This document shows, piece after piece, positions 20,024 through 30,604 of a stretch of DNA of 64,000 bases. The stretch's first letter is position 1. Every line of letters starts with the position of its first letter. The position numbers were made by a program, and so were the translations under genes. Location: the NCBI GenBank assembly GCA_963832745.1, contig CAWHVC010000005.1, forward strand, positions 160,001 through 224,000, written 5' to 3'. Source of the stretch: Candidatus Bathyarchaeota archaeon (lineage in GTDB: Archaea; Thermoproteota; Bathyarchaeia; Bathyarchaeales; Bathycorpusculaceae). The notes under the pieces are model-generated. The model ran no database searches, was not told where the DNA came from, and saw only the letters and a program-made list of their open reading frames with translations.

Positions 20024-20353
20024 ATGTTTATGGATTTAATGGGCGTATTCCAAAGGTACTATGATAGTGCTCCTGAAGCTGACAAACAAACGCTCCGCAG
20101 CATGCTGGACTTGATTATTCTGATTTCTCAACAAGTCCACACTTCTCATAGGCAGGCGGAAAGCGCGATGGGTGACTTCAAAATCTACATAACTGCACTT
20201 GAAGGCTCCTACAAAAATGTGGATGCTGATTTTGAAAAAAACATTGCTCAACCAGCCGAACGCGAAGCTGAAGAGAAAGAAAAAGAAGAAGAAGAACGCG
20301 CCAAAGAAATAGAAGAATACGCCAAACGAGCACGACCAAAATTCTACGAGTAG
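20024..20353 (+). CDS. Hypothetical helical protein with a charged C-terminal tail
   Basis: GAGGT upstream of ATG 20024; E/K-rich coiled-coil end; no recognised motif. Confidence 0.65.
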   Translation: MFMDLMGVFQRYYDSAPEADKQTLRSMLDLIILISQQVHTSHRQAESAMGDFKIYITALEGSYKNVDADFEKNIAQPAEREAEEKEKEEEERAKEIEEYAKRARPKFYE

Positions 20354-20354
20354 G

Positions 20355-20741
20355 TTAAGCTTGGACAAGCTCAATTAAGGTGCCGTCTGGGTCTTCCACA
20401 AAAGCTATTATGGGTCCATTTTCGCTAAACTTGTATGGTTCATCGGTTACAGTTACGCCTTCCTTACGCATTGCCAATATGGTTGCGTTTATGTCAGGCA
20501 CTTCGAAGCCTAAATGGTCAAACAGGCTTTCCTCAAACGGTGGCTGAGTAAAACGGGTTTGTTTGGGATTAAAGGTCAATTCCAGTTTGCAACCTTTGCC
20601 TGTTTGGTCTTGGAGAAAAACGATTTCTGAATCGGTTTCTTTTACAGGCATGCGTGTTAAGACTTTAAGGCCGAAAAATTTGTTATAGAAAGTAATGGAT
20701 TTTTCTAGGTTGCTTGTTTTGATGCTTGTGTGAGTAAACAT
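20355..20741 (-). CDS. VOC/glyoxalase (lactoylglutathione lyase-like) protein
   Basis: FTHTSI..LEKSITFY..FG, LEL, HLGFEV, AFVEDPDGTLIEL. Confidence 0.9.
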   Translation of the reverse strand: MFTHTSIKTSNLEKSITFYNKFFGLKVLTRMPVKETDSEIVFLQDQTGKGCKLELTFNPKQTRFTQPPFEESLFDHLGFEVPDINATILAMRKEGVTVTDEPYKFSENGPIIAFVEDPDGTLIELVQA

Positions 20742-20791
20742 CAGTTTTCCCTCATTTTCAGGTTTTGCTTAGGGGATTTAAAGATGATGAT

Positions 20792-21202
20792 TTAGGTTTG
20801 CTCATCTAATGTTTTATTGACAAGCGCATCAGCTTTCTGGATAAAACTATTAGTTCTAGCAACGTTGAAAAATTCTGCTTTTTTGAACTTGACACGTAAC
20901 GCGTGGGCTTTAAGGTATAACCTGCGCAGTTCAAGGTTTTTTACGCTGTATTCACCCTTCATTTGCCGCCCGACAAGTTCACTGTCTAAATAGCAGATTA
21001 CTTCTTCGACTCCAACGTTTAAAGCGTACTCTAAACCCATAGTTAGGGCTTCGTATTCTGCTTGATTGTTAGTGCGGACGCCCAAGAAGCGTGAATCTGT
21101 CTTTATGATTTCGGCGTTTTCCATTGCCAAAAAAGCAGCGGCTGCTGGTCCCGGGTTGCCTCTTGCTCCACCGTCTGAATACAGCACTAATCGTTTAGCC
21201 AT
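20792..21202 (-). CDS. rnhA: Ribonuclease HI
   Basis: LYSDGGARGNPGPAA, TNNQAEYEAL, DSELV..QMKGEY, ADALVN. Confidence 0.92.
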   Translation of the reverse strand: MAKRLVLYSDGGARGNPGPAAAAFLAMENAEIIKTDSRFLGVRTNNQAEYEALTMGLEYALNVGVEEVICYLDSELVGRQMKGEYSVKNLELRRLYLKAHALRVKFKKAEFFNVARTNSFIQKADALVNKTLDEQT

Positions 21203-21340
21203 GGTAGCTCTACTGGTCATTGAATGGGTAGATATCATTTAAAGGTTACAATCAACTGGTTTCTTGTTTTGTTATTGCCTTTGTACAGTCACATTGGTTT
21301 ATGTGCTTGCAAGCCTAACTGAAAACTCGGGAAGACCCCG

Positions 21341-21676
21341 TTGACCAACAGTTTAAGTTCTCGATATAATCCTCAACGTTTTCCAGCAGCCATTTTACGG
21401 CATGACAAGGATTGGCAAAGCACCAAAGGCACGCGAAGAGGACGCTTAGACATCACAGCGGAGATACTGCTTTTTTGTGAACAACCAAAAACAAAAACAA
21501 GTATCATGTACAACACGAATCTTAACTATGCACAACTTAAACGACACATGGGCGTATTAACAACCCAGAAACTGTTGGCTAAAAAAACTAACAGGTATTC
21601 AACAACAGAAAAAGGACACGAATTCCTTGACCTTTTCCTACGCCTAAACAGTCTTGTAGATAACGTAAACCCATAG
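21341..21676 (+). CDS. Small winged-helix transcriptional regulator (archaeal HTH_45-like)
   Basis: RRGRLDITAEIL..KTSIMYNTNLNY..YSTTEKGHEFL. Confidence 0.85.
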   Translation: MTNSLSSRYNPQRFPAAILRHDKDWQSTKGTRRGRLDITAEILLFCEQPKTKTSIMYNTNLNYAQLKRHMGVLTTQKLLAKKTNRYSTTEKGHEFLDLFLRLNSLVDNVNP

Positions 21677-21684
21677 TGAAGTTG

Positions 21685-21903
21685 TTAACTGCAGTGTTGC
21701 CAAGCCTTTTTGAGTTCTAACACAAAACCTTCATGATCGTCGGCTAAACGCTGTTTTATTTGCTGCCAAGTTTTTGGGCAATCCTTGTATTCAACCCCGA
21801 CTAATCCGTGGATAACACGGTCGAGTTCTTTGCGGTTTTCTGGGGTAACAGTTATTCCAGCCTCAACAAAAATGGTTTTTAGGTGACGAAAATAGCAAGT
21901 CAC
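21685..21903 (-). CDS. Small hypothetical protein
   Basis: MTCYFRHL..IHGLVGVEYKDCPKTW; GAGGA upstream. Confidence 0.7.
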   Translation of the reverse strand: MTCYFRHLKTIFVEAGITVTPENRKELDRVIHGLVGVEYKDCPKTWQQIKQRLADDHEGFVLELKKAWQHCS

Positions 21904-22062
21904 AGGCTTTTCCTCACTCTACAAATTGACGGTTTGAGGCTTGTAAATTTTGCCATCAGCAAAGAATAAGTTGGACAGTTTAGATAAAATTAAATAGTAA
22001 GACCAAACGTATTATCGGTCGCCTATTATTAATCGTGAATATTGGAGTGTGAAACAGAAAAA

Positions 22063-22980
22063 ATGCTTGTAACAAATAAAGAATTGATGGTTGCCGCAAG
22101 AAAAGGCGGTTACGCCATCGCCGCATTTAACGTTCAAAACATGGAAAGCGTTAAAGCTATCGTTGAAGCAGCAATGGAAGAAAAATCTCCCGCTATACTT
22201 CAAATCACCCCCAGCGTCATAAAATACGCAGGCATGGGCTACATCACCAGCCTTGTTAAAAACGCTGGCAAAGAAGCAACTGTACCTTTAACAATGCATC
22301 TTGACCACGGGGAAGACTACGACATCGCAGCCAAATGCGTCGATGCAGGCTTCACCTCAGTCATGATCGACGGATCCTTCCTGAAATTCGAAGAAAACAT
22401 TGCAGAAACCAAACGCGTCGTCGACTATGCCCACGCTAAAGGCGTCTCTGTAGAGGCTGAACTGGGCAAACTTGCAGGTGTTGAAGAAAAGAGCGTTGAA
22501 GAAAAAGACGCTATCCTAACCGACCCAAACAACGCTGTTGAATTTGTAGAAAAAACAGGCGTAGACACCCTTGCAGTAGCCATCGGCACAAGCCACGGAG
22601 CCTACAAATTCAAAAGCGCAGCAAAACTTGACCTTGAACGCCTAAAAATCATCAACGAAAAAATCGGCATCCCACTTGTTCTACATGGTGCCTCGAGTGT
22701 TCCACAATGGATCGTTGAAAAAGCCACAAAATACGGTGCAACGCTTGAAGGTGCAAAAGGCGTTTCAGAAGACCAACTTCAGGCAGCAATAAAATTTGGC
22801 ATCGCCAAAATCAATATCGACACCGACTTGCGATTGGCATTCCTTGCAACAGTCCGCCAAGTCCTAACAGACTCACCTAAAGAGTTTGACCCACGCAAGA
22901 TTTTGGGTCCCGCTAAAGATGCAATGAAAGAAGTTGCCAAAGGCAAAATGCGCCTATTCGGCAGCTCAGGAAAAGCATAA
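22063..22980 (+). CDS. fba: Class II fructose-1,6-bisphosphate aldolase
   Basis: AAFNVQN, MHLDHG, SVMIDGS, VEAELG, AIGTSHGAYK, LVLHGAS, KINIDTDLR. Confidence 0.96.
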   Translation: MLVTNKELMVAARKGGYAIAAFNVQNMESVKAIVEAAMEEKSPAILQITPSVIKYAGMGYITSLVKNAGKEATVPLTMHLDHGEDYDIAAKCVDAGFTSVMIDGSFLKFEENIAETKRVVDYAHAKGVSVEAELGKLAGVEEKSVEEKDAILTDPNNAVEFVEKTGVDTLAVAIGTSHGAYKFKSAAKLDLERLKIINEKIGIPLVLHGASSVPQWIVEKATKYGATLEGAKGVSEDQLQAAIKFGIAKINIDTDLRLAFLATVRQVLTDSPKEFDPRKILGPAKDAMKEVAKGKMRLFGSSGKA

Positions 22981-23016
22981 ACCGCTTTTTTCTTTTTTAT
23001 TTTTATGGTTATTATC

Positions 23017-23976
23017 TTAGAATAAAAATGCAATTATTAGAGCAGTTTCTTCTACTGCATACTGTAGGGCGATAAAGCCTAAGTAGCAGGCTGTGAGGAG
23101 CAGGCCGTGTTTTCGGGTTAATTCATGTTTGCGTGACAGCAAAGCAACCAGTGTACCTGAAAAAACCATAAATATCCCTGTAGCCAAGGCAAGAGTGGGT
23201 TGGACAGGACGGATAGGCCGGATAAGCGCAATTACGCCGATGGTCAGCATGGAATCTGCAAGAACGTTGCCAAAAATGTTGCCTAACCCAAGCTGGGCAT
23301 GTTTAATTCTTGAGGCGCGAACGGCAAAAGCCATTTCAGGCAAGCAGGTGCCAATAGCAACGACAAGCCCAATCACGAACAAGGGCAACCCCAACTGCAT
23401 ACTCAACTCTTGAGAACTATTGGTAATTATGGTTCCACCGATAAAAAGTAAAATCAAACTAACAGCAAGAACGACGGTGTCAACTGCAAATTTGAGTTTA
23501 CCACGACGCATTTTGGCTGTATCCTCAAGCGACTTAGTTTTGAGCATGTACACAACATAAGCCAAGAATACCCCAACCAAGACAACGCCATCAAACCGAG
23601 AGATTTCTCCATCAACAAAAAGCACCACTGGCAAAATCAACGCCAAAATTGAAACTCGAATATGCTTAACGGTAGAAGCATCAAGACATAAACGTTTAGA
23701 AAGCACCAAAACCAGTCCAAGCACTAATGTGAGGTCTGCAACGTTTGCACCTAAAATCACACCAAAACCCAGCGAGGATGACCCTTCAAGGGCAGCGATG
23801 ATGCCAATTGACAGTTCAGGCAAAACAGCGACAACGCCGGCGATAATGAAACTCGTGGTAAACTCGGAAAGACGGAAATGCCTTGACAAGTTTAGCAACC
23901 GCTTAATTGCGACATCTGCAGTGAAAATTACGATAATCAACCCAGCAAAAAGTAGCAGTAAAGAAAAAAGTGGCAT
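23017..23976 (-). CDS. Ca2+:cation antiporter (CaCA/YrbG family), paralog A
   Basis: About 10 TM helices; alpha repeats AVLPEL..GANVAD and GTCLPEM..GNVLAD. Confidence 0.88.
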   Translation of the reverse strand: MPLFSLLLLFAGLIIVIFTADVAIKRLLNLSRHFRLSEFTTSFIIAGVVAVLPELSIGIIAALEGSSSLGFGVILGANVADLTLVLGLVLVLSKRLCLDASTVKHIRVSILALILPVVLFVDGEISRFDGVVLVGVFLAYVVYMLKTKSLEDTAKMRRGKLKFAVDTVVLAVSLILLFIGGTIITNSSQELSMQLGLPLFVIGLVVAIGTCLPEMAFAVRASRIKHAQLGLGNIFGNVLADSMLTIGVIALIRPIRPVQPTLALATGIFMVFSGTLVALLSRKHELTRKHGLLLTACYLGFIALQYAVEETALIIAFLF

Positions 23977-24044
23977 AACCTACCAAGAAAAATAGAACAC
24001 GTTAAAATTTAAATATTCAAAAAAGAAAAAAATCCTAAAAAAGA

Positions 24045-25322
24045 TTATTTTTTGCGCATTTCCATCAATTTAGGCATTAAATAGTAGGCGTGTTCAAGCA
24101 AGCCTAAGCTGCCTTTTGCGCATTCCCGCTCACAGAACTTGACTGCGTTTTCTCTGCCTAAACTTGAGCCTGAAATCAGAAGCGGCACTGGAGTGTCACT
24201 GTGCACTTTCAGGTCACATGGCGTTGCATGGTCAGATGTAATGCAGATGATATTGTCCTTAAGTGAAATCTGCTTGAGCAGTGGACCAAAAAAGTATTTG
24301 TCAACCGCACTGATTATGTCAGTTTTCAGTTGGCAGTTGCCGTCATGTCCAGGTTCATCAGGACCTTTTAAGTGAATGTAGAAGCAGTCATGTTTTGGCA
24401 GCACATCCAGCAAGGCTTTAACGCGTACGTCGTAGTCATGTTGGAGGTCGCCTGAAGGTGGCGGCAAAAGCGTCGCATCCATACCTGCGAGTTTAGCGAT
24501 GCCCCGCTCGGTAATCATGTCGGCTAAAGCTGCAAAATTCACACCGTAATGCTGGTTGATGTTAAAAAATTTGGGCAACAAACTCGAGCAGTCTCTTGTT
24601 AATAGTACGTTGGCTTTCAGTTTGCCTTCGGCGGCGCGTTTCTTGTTCACAGGGTGGTTTTCCCAGAGTTCATGAGTTTTTGTTATGAATTCGTTAGTGA
24701 GGTTTGCAGCGTTTTTAGCAGCTTCTGACGCTTCAAGGGGTTCAACGGTTTTTAGAGTCATATCCACTTTTTCTTGAGCTACACCAAGCCCGTTTACTAT
24801 TGCGTATGCTGGGTCGCTATTGGAGATTTTGCCCGACAAAGGCTTACTTTTGCTTTTGATAACAACGACTGCGCGATGTCCCAATGTCGCTTTGAAATCG
24901 AAAGTTGCCGGGTACGATTCAAGCTTGATTTGCTGGTTTGCAGTCTCTGCTAATTCTAAGGCTTCGGGAGTGGTGAGGCTTCTTCCTGCTCGACGGTCAA
25001 TGATGTTTTTGCCTTCGCCTAACGTGGCAAAATTGCATCTTATGGCTACATCGCCGTCTTTCATGTCCATTCCAGCGCCGACGGCTTCAATCACGCCTCG
25101 TCCAGTGCTGTACTTGAGTGGGTCATAACCTAAAAGTGAAATTACTGCAACGTCGCTTTCAGGGGCAACTCCCTTTCCAACGGTGTACATTAAACCGGTT
25201 TTGCCGTTTTGGGCTAACGCGTTCATGTTTGGGGTTTCTGCTGCTTCCAAGGGGGTCTTGTTGTTTAACCGTTTGCTTGGAATGTCACCCATGCCGTCTA
25301 TTGCAACATAAATTAGCTTCAA
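24045..25322 (-). CDS. apgM: Archaeal 2,3-bisphosphoglycerate-independent phosphoglycerate mutase
   Basis: IDGMGD..KTPLEAAETPN, PESDVA..LLGYDP..GRG..EA, HLKGPDEPGHDG, TSDHATP..HS..PVP. Confidence 0.93.
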   Translation of the reverse strand: MKLIYVAIDGMGDIPSKRLNNKTPLEAAETPNMNALAQNGKTGLMYTVGKGVAPESDVAVISLLGYDPLKYSTGRGVIEAVGAGMDMKDGDVAIRCNFATLGEGKNIIDRRAGRSLTTPEALELAETANQQIKLESYPATFDFKATLGHRAVVVIKSKSKPLSGKISNSDPAYAIVNGLGVAQEKVDMTLKTVEPLEASEAAKNAANLTNEFITKTHELWENHPVNKKRAAEGKLKANVLLTRDCSSLLPKFFNINQHYGVNFAALADMITERGIAKLAGMDATLLPPPSGDLQHDYDVRVKALLDVLPKHDCFYIHLKGPDEPGHDGNCQLKTDIISAVDKYFFGPLLKQISLKDNIICITSDHATPCDLKVHSDTPVPLLISGSSLGRENAVKFCERECAKGSLGLLEHAYYLMPKLMEMRKK

Positions 25323-25508
25323 ATATACCTGTCTCCTTCAAAGTGCCATTGGCTTACTTGAATGCTTGCCTAATTACCTTTATTACTTTTATTCTTAACG
25401 CCTACTATAAACTGGATGATTGCCCTAAAAACGGGTAACAGAAAGTAGATGCTAAAACAGGTAACTAAATTAAAAAAGAGTTATCGAAAGATAAAGTTCT
25501 TTCTCCAC

Positions 25509-26340
25509 TTAAGGCGTCGACGTAACAATGGTTTGGTTGGGTTTAATGTAAGTTACTGTAAAGCTTGAACCATCATCGGTTAGGGGTGATGTCGAAACAA
25601 GGTCGGTGTCGTTTGCGTCAACCATGACTGCAGGAGTGTAAGTGAAGTTTTTGATTGAACCGGTAACGCCGTTAATTGTTGTAGTACAGCCTGTTAGGGT
25701 AACTTGGTTAAAATTGGCTAAAGTGCTGATTTCACCGTTAACCAAGGGGCGTTCAACAATCCATTCTGCAGATTTCTGTGATGAATCATAAGTGACTGTT
25801 TTTTGGAAGCTTCTGCCTTCTGTTTCGTCAACAACTTGAATTAGCCAAGAATCAGTGTTTTCATTAACTAACGTAATTGTAGTAGTGACCTTGTCGCCCG
25901 GTTGAATGTCAAGCGTTGAAATCCGGATAATCGTTCGAGGCAAAAGCTCATACCAAGCAAAATATTCTACGCGCCCGTTTTCACTATGCTGTTCTGTGCC
26001 TGCTTGGATAAGGGTTGATTCGCCGTATCCGCCTACGCCAACCCAAATTGACGAGTAAGTATCATTAACTGAATAGGTGATTGACGGCACAATCCATGAC
26101 GCGTTGATGCTGGATACACCCTGAGATTTGTTCTGCAAGTCAAGGCTGACAATGTAGCCTGACCAATGTGAAACTCGTGCAGGCGCTAACTCGTTGAGGC
26201 TAGAAGCGTTAAATTGTATTAGAAGCTGATTTAGGAATACGAACCCAACAAGGGAACCTACAATCAACACAATACACACGCTGGCATAGACTTTAGCATT
26301 ATAGTTAGATTTTTTCTGTTCTGGAAGAAAAGCGTTCCAC
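25509..26340 (-). CDS. G1-family glutamic peptidase (eqolisin-like) with an N-terminal membrane anchor
   Basis: SHWSGY, ASWIVP, SIWVGVGG, LIQAGT (catalytic Q), YFAWYELLP, SAEWIVERP (catalytic E). The likely start GTG 26340 (GAGGT upstream) is one base out of frame; the ORF track starts at 26279. Confidence 0.88.
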
Positions 26341-26419
26341 CTTTAACCTCAAAATACGTGCCTTGAACATAAAAAACTTTATCCCAAATCTGTCCCTGCA
26401 CAGCGACTACTCGGATGGT

Positions 26420-27865
26420 TTACATGCTGGCGATAAAGCCTGAAATAACATCTCGTATAGACTGAAGCAGCGGATGCTTAACTGTTTCAGGCGCAAGCTG
26501 CGATAGCCGTTCAACGCGGAAGTAAATCGGCGGATGAGGGTCTAAACCGACCCATTCTTGCACCCTAAACGATGGTGTACGTTCATACAGCAGTCGTTGA
26601 AACCCAATCTTTTCCAGTGAGTCCGCAAGCACAGTAGGTTGACCAACCATTATTGCAGAGACTAAGTCGGCGCGTGCCTCAAAAAATTTGGCGATAAAAA
26701 AGATTACCACCATTACAGCCCAGAAATACACAAAAAACAAGAACGTCGAAAACAAAATGGGCAGCAACGGGAACAGGACATAGAACCGGAACAGGAACTC
26801 CGCTGAGGTTAACCCGTACAGGATTAAGGGGTCACGTCCACGTAGGTGACCGAACTCGTGGCCCAGTACGCTTATAACTTCAGATTCTTCAAGTTGCACA
26901 AGCAACCCCGTAGTAATCAGTACAAGGCCACGTTTAGGACTTGGACCTGAAGCAGCAGCGTTTGGAACCATAGTGTTTGAAACAACAATTTTAGGCACGG
27001 GAAAATGGAAGCGGTCAGCAATGTCTTTGACGATTTGGTAAACGTTGATTTTTTTGGTGGACAAATTTTCAAGTTTTACGGGTATACCGTGTTTCTCAAA
27101 AATGCTTTGGGCAAATAACGCATCTATTTGGCCATGCTTGGTTGTGATGTCTTGATAAATTTCTTTTTTTATCGCGATTAATTTTTCCCTGTTAACTTTT
27201 TCCGCAAAAAGTTTTTCGTCTATCGGCAAAAAGAATTGGAGTAAATGAATTGTAGGGTTAGCCGCTGTTATGTGCCAGTCGGCTGAGCGGCTTATGAAAT
27301 TGTTAGAGAAAATCACGAACACAAACTGTACCACAATCAAAATTAAAGGTGCAACCCAGAATGAGTCTGGATAAATCGCGGCTAAAGTTATGAAAATAGT
27401 TGTTCCAAACACGATGAATACAACAAAAAAGATGACTTGAGTTTCCAAAAACAGGCGGTTGAACGATTTTTCTGGTTTAGTGTACGCTTCTGGAACGATT
27501 TCTTCTCCTTCACGCCAAGCAAAAAACATGGTTGCTTTACGCGCGTTTTCTTCAAACATTTGAAGGGCAATAACAATGTCTTGTTTGGCTTCTCCAATCT
27601 CTTTGACTGAAACCATGGAGTCAATGGGGATTATTTTTACTTCTAGGGGGTTGCCGTTTTTTGCTTCAACCTGCAGTATCCGTTTGCCCTGAATGTTTGA
27701 AACATCATAGGACAGGGTGTCGACTTCGCTGGTTGTTTGGCGCATGAAATTGCTGAAGCGGTCTTTTTGAGGCAGCAGGTACTGGCTGTGGGCGAAATCA
27801 AAAAATTGAGCCATGTAACTGCTGGGCACTTCAGTTTTGATAGTGAAAATTACGGGTTCAACCAT
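26420..27865 (-). CDS. M48 (HtpX-like) membrane zinc protease with a long N-terminal extension
   Basis: PNAAASG..ITTGLL, VLGHEFGHL, EARADL, HPPIYFRV. Confidence 0.9.
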   Translation of the reverse strand: MVEPVIFTIKTEVPSSYMAQFFDFAHSQYLLPQKDRFSNFMRQTTSEVDTLSYDVSNIQGKRILQVEAKNGNPLEVKIIPIDSMVSVKEIGEAKQDIVIALQMFEENARKATMFFAWREGEEIVPEAYTKPEKSFNRLFLETQVIFFVVFIVFGTTIFITLAAIYPDSFWVAPLILIVVQFVFVIFSNNFISRSADWHITAANPTIHLLQFFLPIDEKLFAEKVNREKLIAIKKEIYQDITTKHGQIDALFAQSIFEKHGIPVKLENLSTKKINVYQIVKDIADRFHFPVPKIVVSNTMVPNAAASGPSPKRGLVLITTGLLVQLEESEVISVLGHEFGHLRGRDPLILYGLTSAEFLFRFYVLFPLLPILFSTFLFFVYFWAVMVVIFFIAKFFEARADLVSAIMVGQPTVLADSLEKIGFQRLLYERTPSFRVQEWVGLDPHPPIYFRVERLSQLAPETVKHPLLQSIRDVISGFIASM

Positions 27866-28026
27866 TAAACGTTCAAACCAAAAAAATGTTCATTAAAACT
27901 AGATTCACACTTTTTATTAACCATATAGGCAACATAGCACTTGAGAAAAAACCTTTAACCGAAAACGGCATAGCCATAAATACCCCCGACACCTAAAAGG
28001 TTTAAGCAAGTTTTAAGGTGTAGTTT

Positions 28027-29271
28027 ATGCGAATAGGCTTCTTTGTTTACGAATACCCTCCCCAAATGGTTGGCGGATTGGGAACTTACGCTCAATACAT
28101 TACACATCAATACGTCGATTTGGGACATGACGTCTCCGTTTTTACCCTAAACAGCGGCGACGGCAACTTAAAAACTCGAGAAATAATGAAAGGCGTTGAA
28201 GTTCATCGACCCCAAATTGCGGACGCCAGCAATGTTTGGCCATTTTTTGTTGCAGATGACCTTAAACGGTGGGGAACTAACATCAAATTTTTCAATGATA
28301 TCTTTATCTACAACGTGTTAAGCGCCGCCAAATTCGTTAACGGCTTAATTAAAAAAGAAAAATACAATTTTGACGTTGTCTGCTGCCATGACTGGTTAAG
28401 CAGCATTGCAGGTTTAATCATCAAGAACGAAACAGACATCCCAGTAGTTTTTCATGTTCACAGTACAGAGTGGGGTAGAAGCGGCGGTCCTGGCTCAGAA
28501 ACGGTTTCATACTTGGAACGTGCGATGGCAGATAAAAGTGACCGCATAATCACTGTCAGCAACGTCATGAAAGAAGACCTCACCAAACACGGTTGGCCCA
28601 GCAGCAAAATCAACGCTGTATGGAACGGCATAGACCCAGACGTTTACAACCCCCAAAACTTCCAAAAAACCGAGATTGAAGCTCTCCGCGCTCGCTACGG
28701 CGTCCCCAAAGACTGGAACATGTTACTTTTTGTCGGCAGGCTCACATGGGTAAAAGGCGTCAAAAACCTTGTCCAAGCAATGCCAATGGTACTCAGCGAG
28801 TTTCCTAACACTAAACTGGTAATCTTAGGTAAAGGCGAAGAAGAAAATGACATCATCCAACTCTCCGAACGCCTAAACATTAAAGACCACATTGTTGGAC
28901 GCTATGAATTTGTACCTGAACACGAAAGAATTCTGCATTATGCCGCTTCAGACGTCTGTGTTTTCCCATCAGTCTACGAACCATTCGGCATCGTCAGCCT
29001 TGAAGCTATGAGCATGGAAAAACCCTGCGTAGTAGGTGCACGTGGAGTCGTCGGGTTCAAAGAACAAATAGTGAGCAGTGGAGCAGAACAAAACGGAGTC
29101 CACATTAACGGTGAAGACCCTGCAGACATTGCATGGGGCATCAGGGCAACCTTGCGAGATCCAAACAAAGCCAAAAATTGGGGAGAAAACGCCAGAAAAC
29201 ACGTACTCGATTATTTCACTTGGCAGAAAGTAGCAGAGCAAACAGCCAAAATCTACCAATCCCTACTCTAA
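28027..29271 (+). CDS. GT4 glycosyltransferase (glycogen synthase-like)
   Basis: EYPPQMVGGLG, HDW, HSTEWGR, LFVGRL..KG, PSVYEPFGIVSLEAMS. Confidence 0.9.
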   Translation: MRIGFFVYEYPPQMVGGLGTYAQYITHQYVDLGHDVSVFTLNSGDGNLKTREIMKGVEVHRPQIADASNVWPFFVADDLKRWGTNIKFFNDIFIYNVLSAAKFVNGLIKKEKYNFDVVCCHDWLSSIAGLIIKNETDIPVVFHVHSTEWGRSGGPGSETVSYLERAMADKSDRIITVSNVMKEDLTKHGWPSSKINAVWNGIDPDVYNPQNFQKTEIEALRARYGVPKDWNMLLFVGRLTWVKGVKNLVQAMPMVLSEFPNTKLVILGKGEEENDIIQLSERLNIKDHIVGRYEFVPEHERILHYAASDVCVFPSVYEPFGIVSLEAMSMEKPCVVGARGVVGFKEQIVSSGAEQNGVHINGEDPADIAWGIRATLRDPNKAKNWGENARKHVLDYFTWQKVAEQTAKIYQSLL

Positions 29272-29655
29272 ACTTACCTTTTTATTTTTTTGAATTTTTA
29301 TGCGTTAGTCTTCTAATTATTTTTGGCTTACTTCCCAGTTTCTACCTACTGTAACACACCAATAAGACCTCTCCGTGCAAGTAGACTTAAGTATTCTTAA
29401 CTGTAGGGCGTTAATTTTGCGGTTTCAGACAAAGGTAGCAGCTTTTTTTGGCGTGCTGGGTTCAACAGCGCTCAGGTATATGTCCAGCGATTACTCAACG
29501 CATCATGCCACAAAATTAACAATCAGTTTTAGGTGCCATTGTCAGCTTTAACAAGAGCTGATGTAATACTTTTTTCGGTCCATATTCTTGATAACGATCA
29601 ATGTATAGCACTCTGATAAACAAAAGAGTAAAAAGTATCGATAAATGATTGGGTT

Positions 29656-29895
29656 TTAAAGTCTAACTTGAGGTTTATTATGCGCAAGATTCAGTGCTTT
29701 TTTCATTAGGTCGTCTTTGATTCTGTTTACTTCTAGTTCGGCTTCGCCTTGGTTTGCTGCATCTGTTTTTGAACAGTCTTTAGCGATGTGTCTGTGGGTT
29801 TCTGCGTGTGCTTCTATGGCTTTGCGCATGGCGGACAGGTCAGGATTGAATGGGATTTCTGTGCCGCATTCACATTTAACTACCGTTTTTGACAT
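29656..29895 (-). CDS. Small hypothetical protein (CxC..HxxxH possible Zn site)
   Basis: VKCECGTEI..AIEAHAETH. Confidence 0.6.
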   Translation of the reverse strand: MSKTVVKCECGTEIPFNPDLSAMRKAIEAHAETHRHIAKDCSKTDAANQGEAELEVNRIKDDLMKKALNLAHNKPQVRL

Positions 29896-29912
29896 AGACA
29901 GCCTTTACTCCA

Positions 29913-30245
29913 TCAGAGTTTTACCATTATATCGTTGCCATCAACTTTAACTTCAAAAGTTTCCAAGTCAGCTGCTTTTGGATGCATCAGGGGCATTTTT
30001 GGGTGAGAAACCACTTTCCCGTTAGTAACATCATACTTGGCGTGATGTCGGGGACATGTTACTATGGTTCCTTCAAGGGCGCCTTTTGATAAGTCTCCGC
30101 CCATGTGCGTGCATTTCTGGCTTACTGCATATAAGACGCCGTTTATGCTGACAAGCAAAACATCTTTGTCTTTAACTTTGACGGCTTTGGTTGTTCCCGG
30201 AGGTATCTCGGTTTTTTGGGCGACTTTAACAAAATCAGGTTGCAT
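29913..30245 (-). CDS. Rieske-type [2Fe-2S] ferredoxin
   Basis: CTHMGG..VTCPRHHAKYDVTNG; GGAG before ATG 30245. Confidence 0.9.
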   Translation of the reverse strand: MQPDFVKVAQKTEIPPGTTKAVKVKDKDVLLVSINGVLYAVSQKCTHMGGDLSKGALEGTIVTCPRHHAKYDVTNGKVVSHPKMPLMHPKAADLETFEVKVDGNDIMVKL

Positions 30246-30604
30246 AAAAATGGTTTCTCCTAAAATCAAGTTAACGATAAGCTAAAATATAAAATTTTTT
30301 TAATCATCGACCCTAAAAAGTTTTTTGTGAAATGTGCGATTGCGTATGCTTTTTGTTTACTGATTTTTTAGTTCGAAAATTTTTTATAGACAGAGTGGTT
30401 GACGGAAGTCTTCACGCAGAGCTATGCTACGGTCTGAAACGTATTTTGCTTTTCAGTGCAGTCTTTGCTGTTCTATGTTGTTAACCAACCTATTTGGCGT
30501 CTATTAGGAGCCTATTAGGATTCAAATAACAGTTCTATGAAAAAACCTATAGAGGGTAGGTCAGTAATGACCCTTTTCACCCATCAAATTGCTTAAAGCA
30601 CCAG

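Noticed and set aside
29340-29650. Non-coding gap that might hold an ncRNA or gene remnant
   Set aside because: No recognisable tRNA, C/D box or protein motif found by eye.
30500-30595. CTATTAGGA direct repeat and GGTCA-GTAA-TGACC hairpin downstream of modC (Moco riboswitch?)
   Set aside because: Short, compatible with chance, and on the wrong side of the mod operon for a riboswitch.
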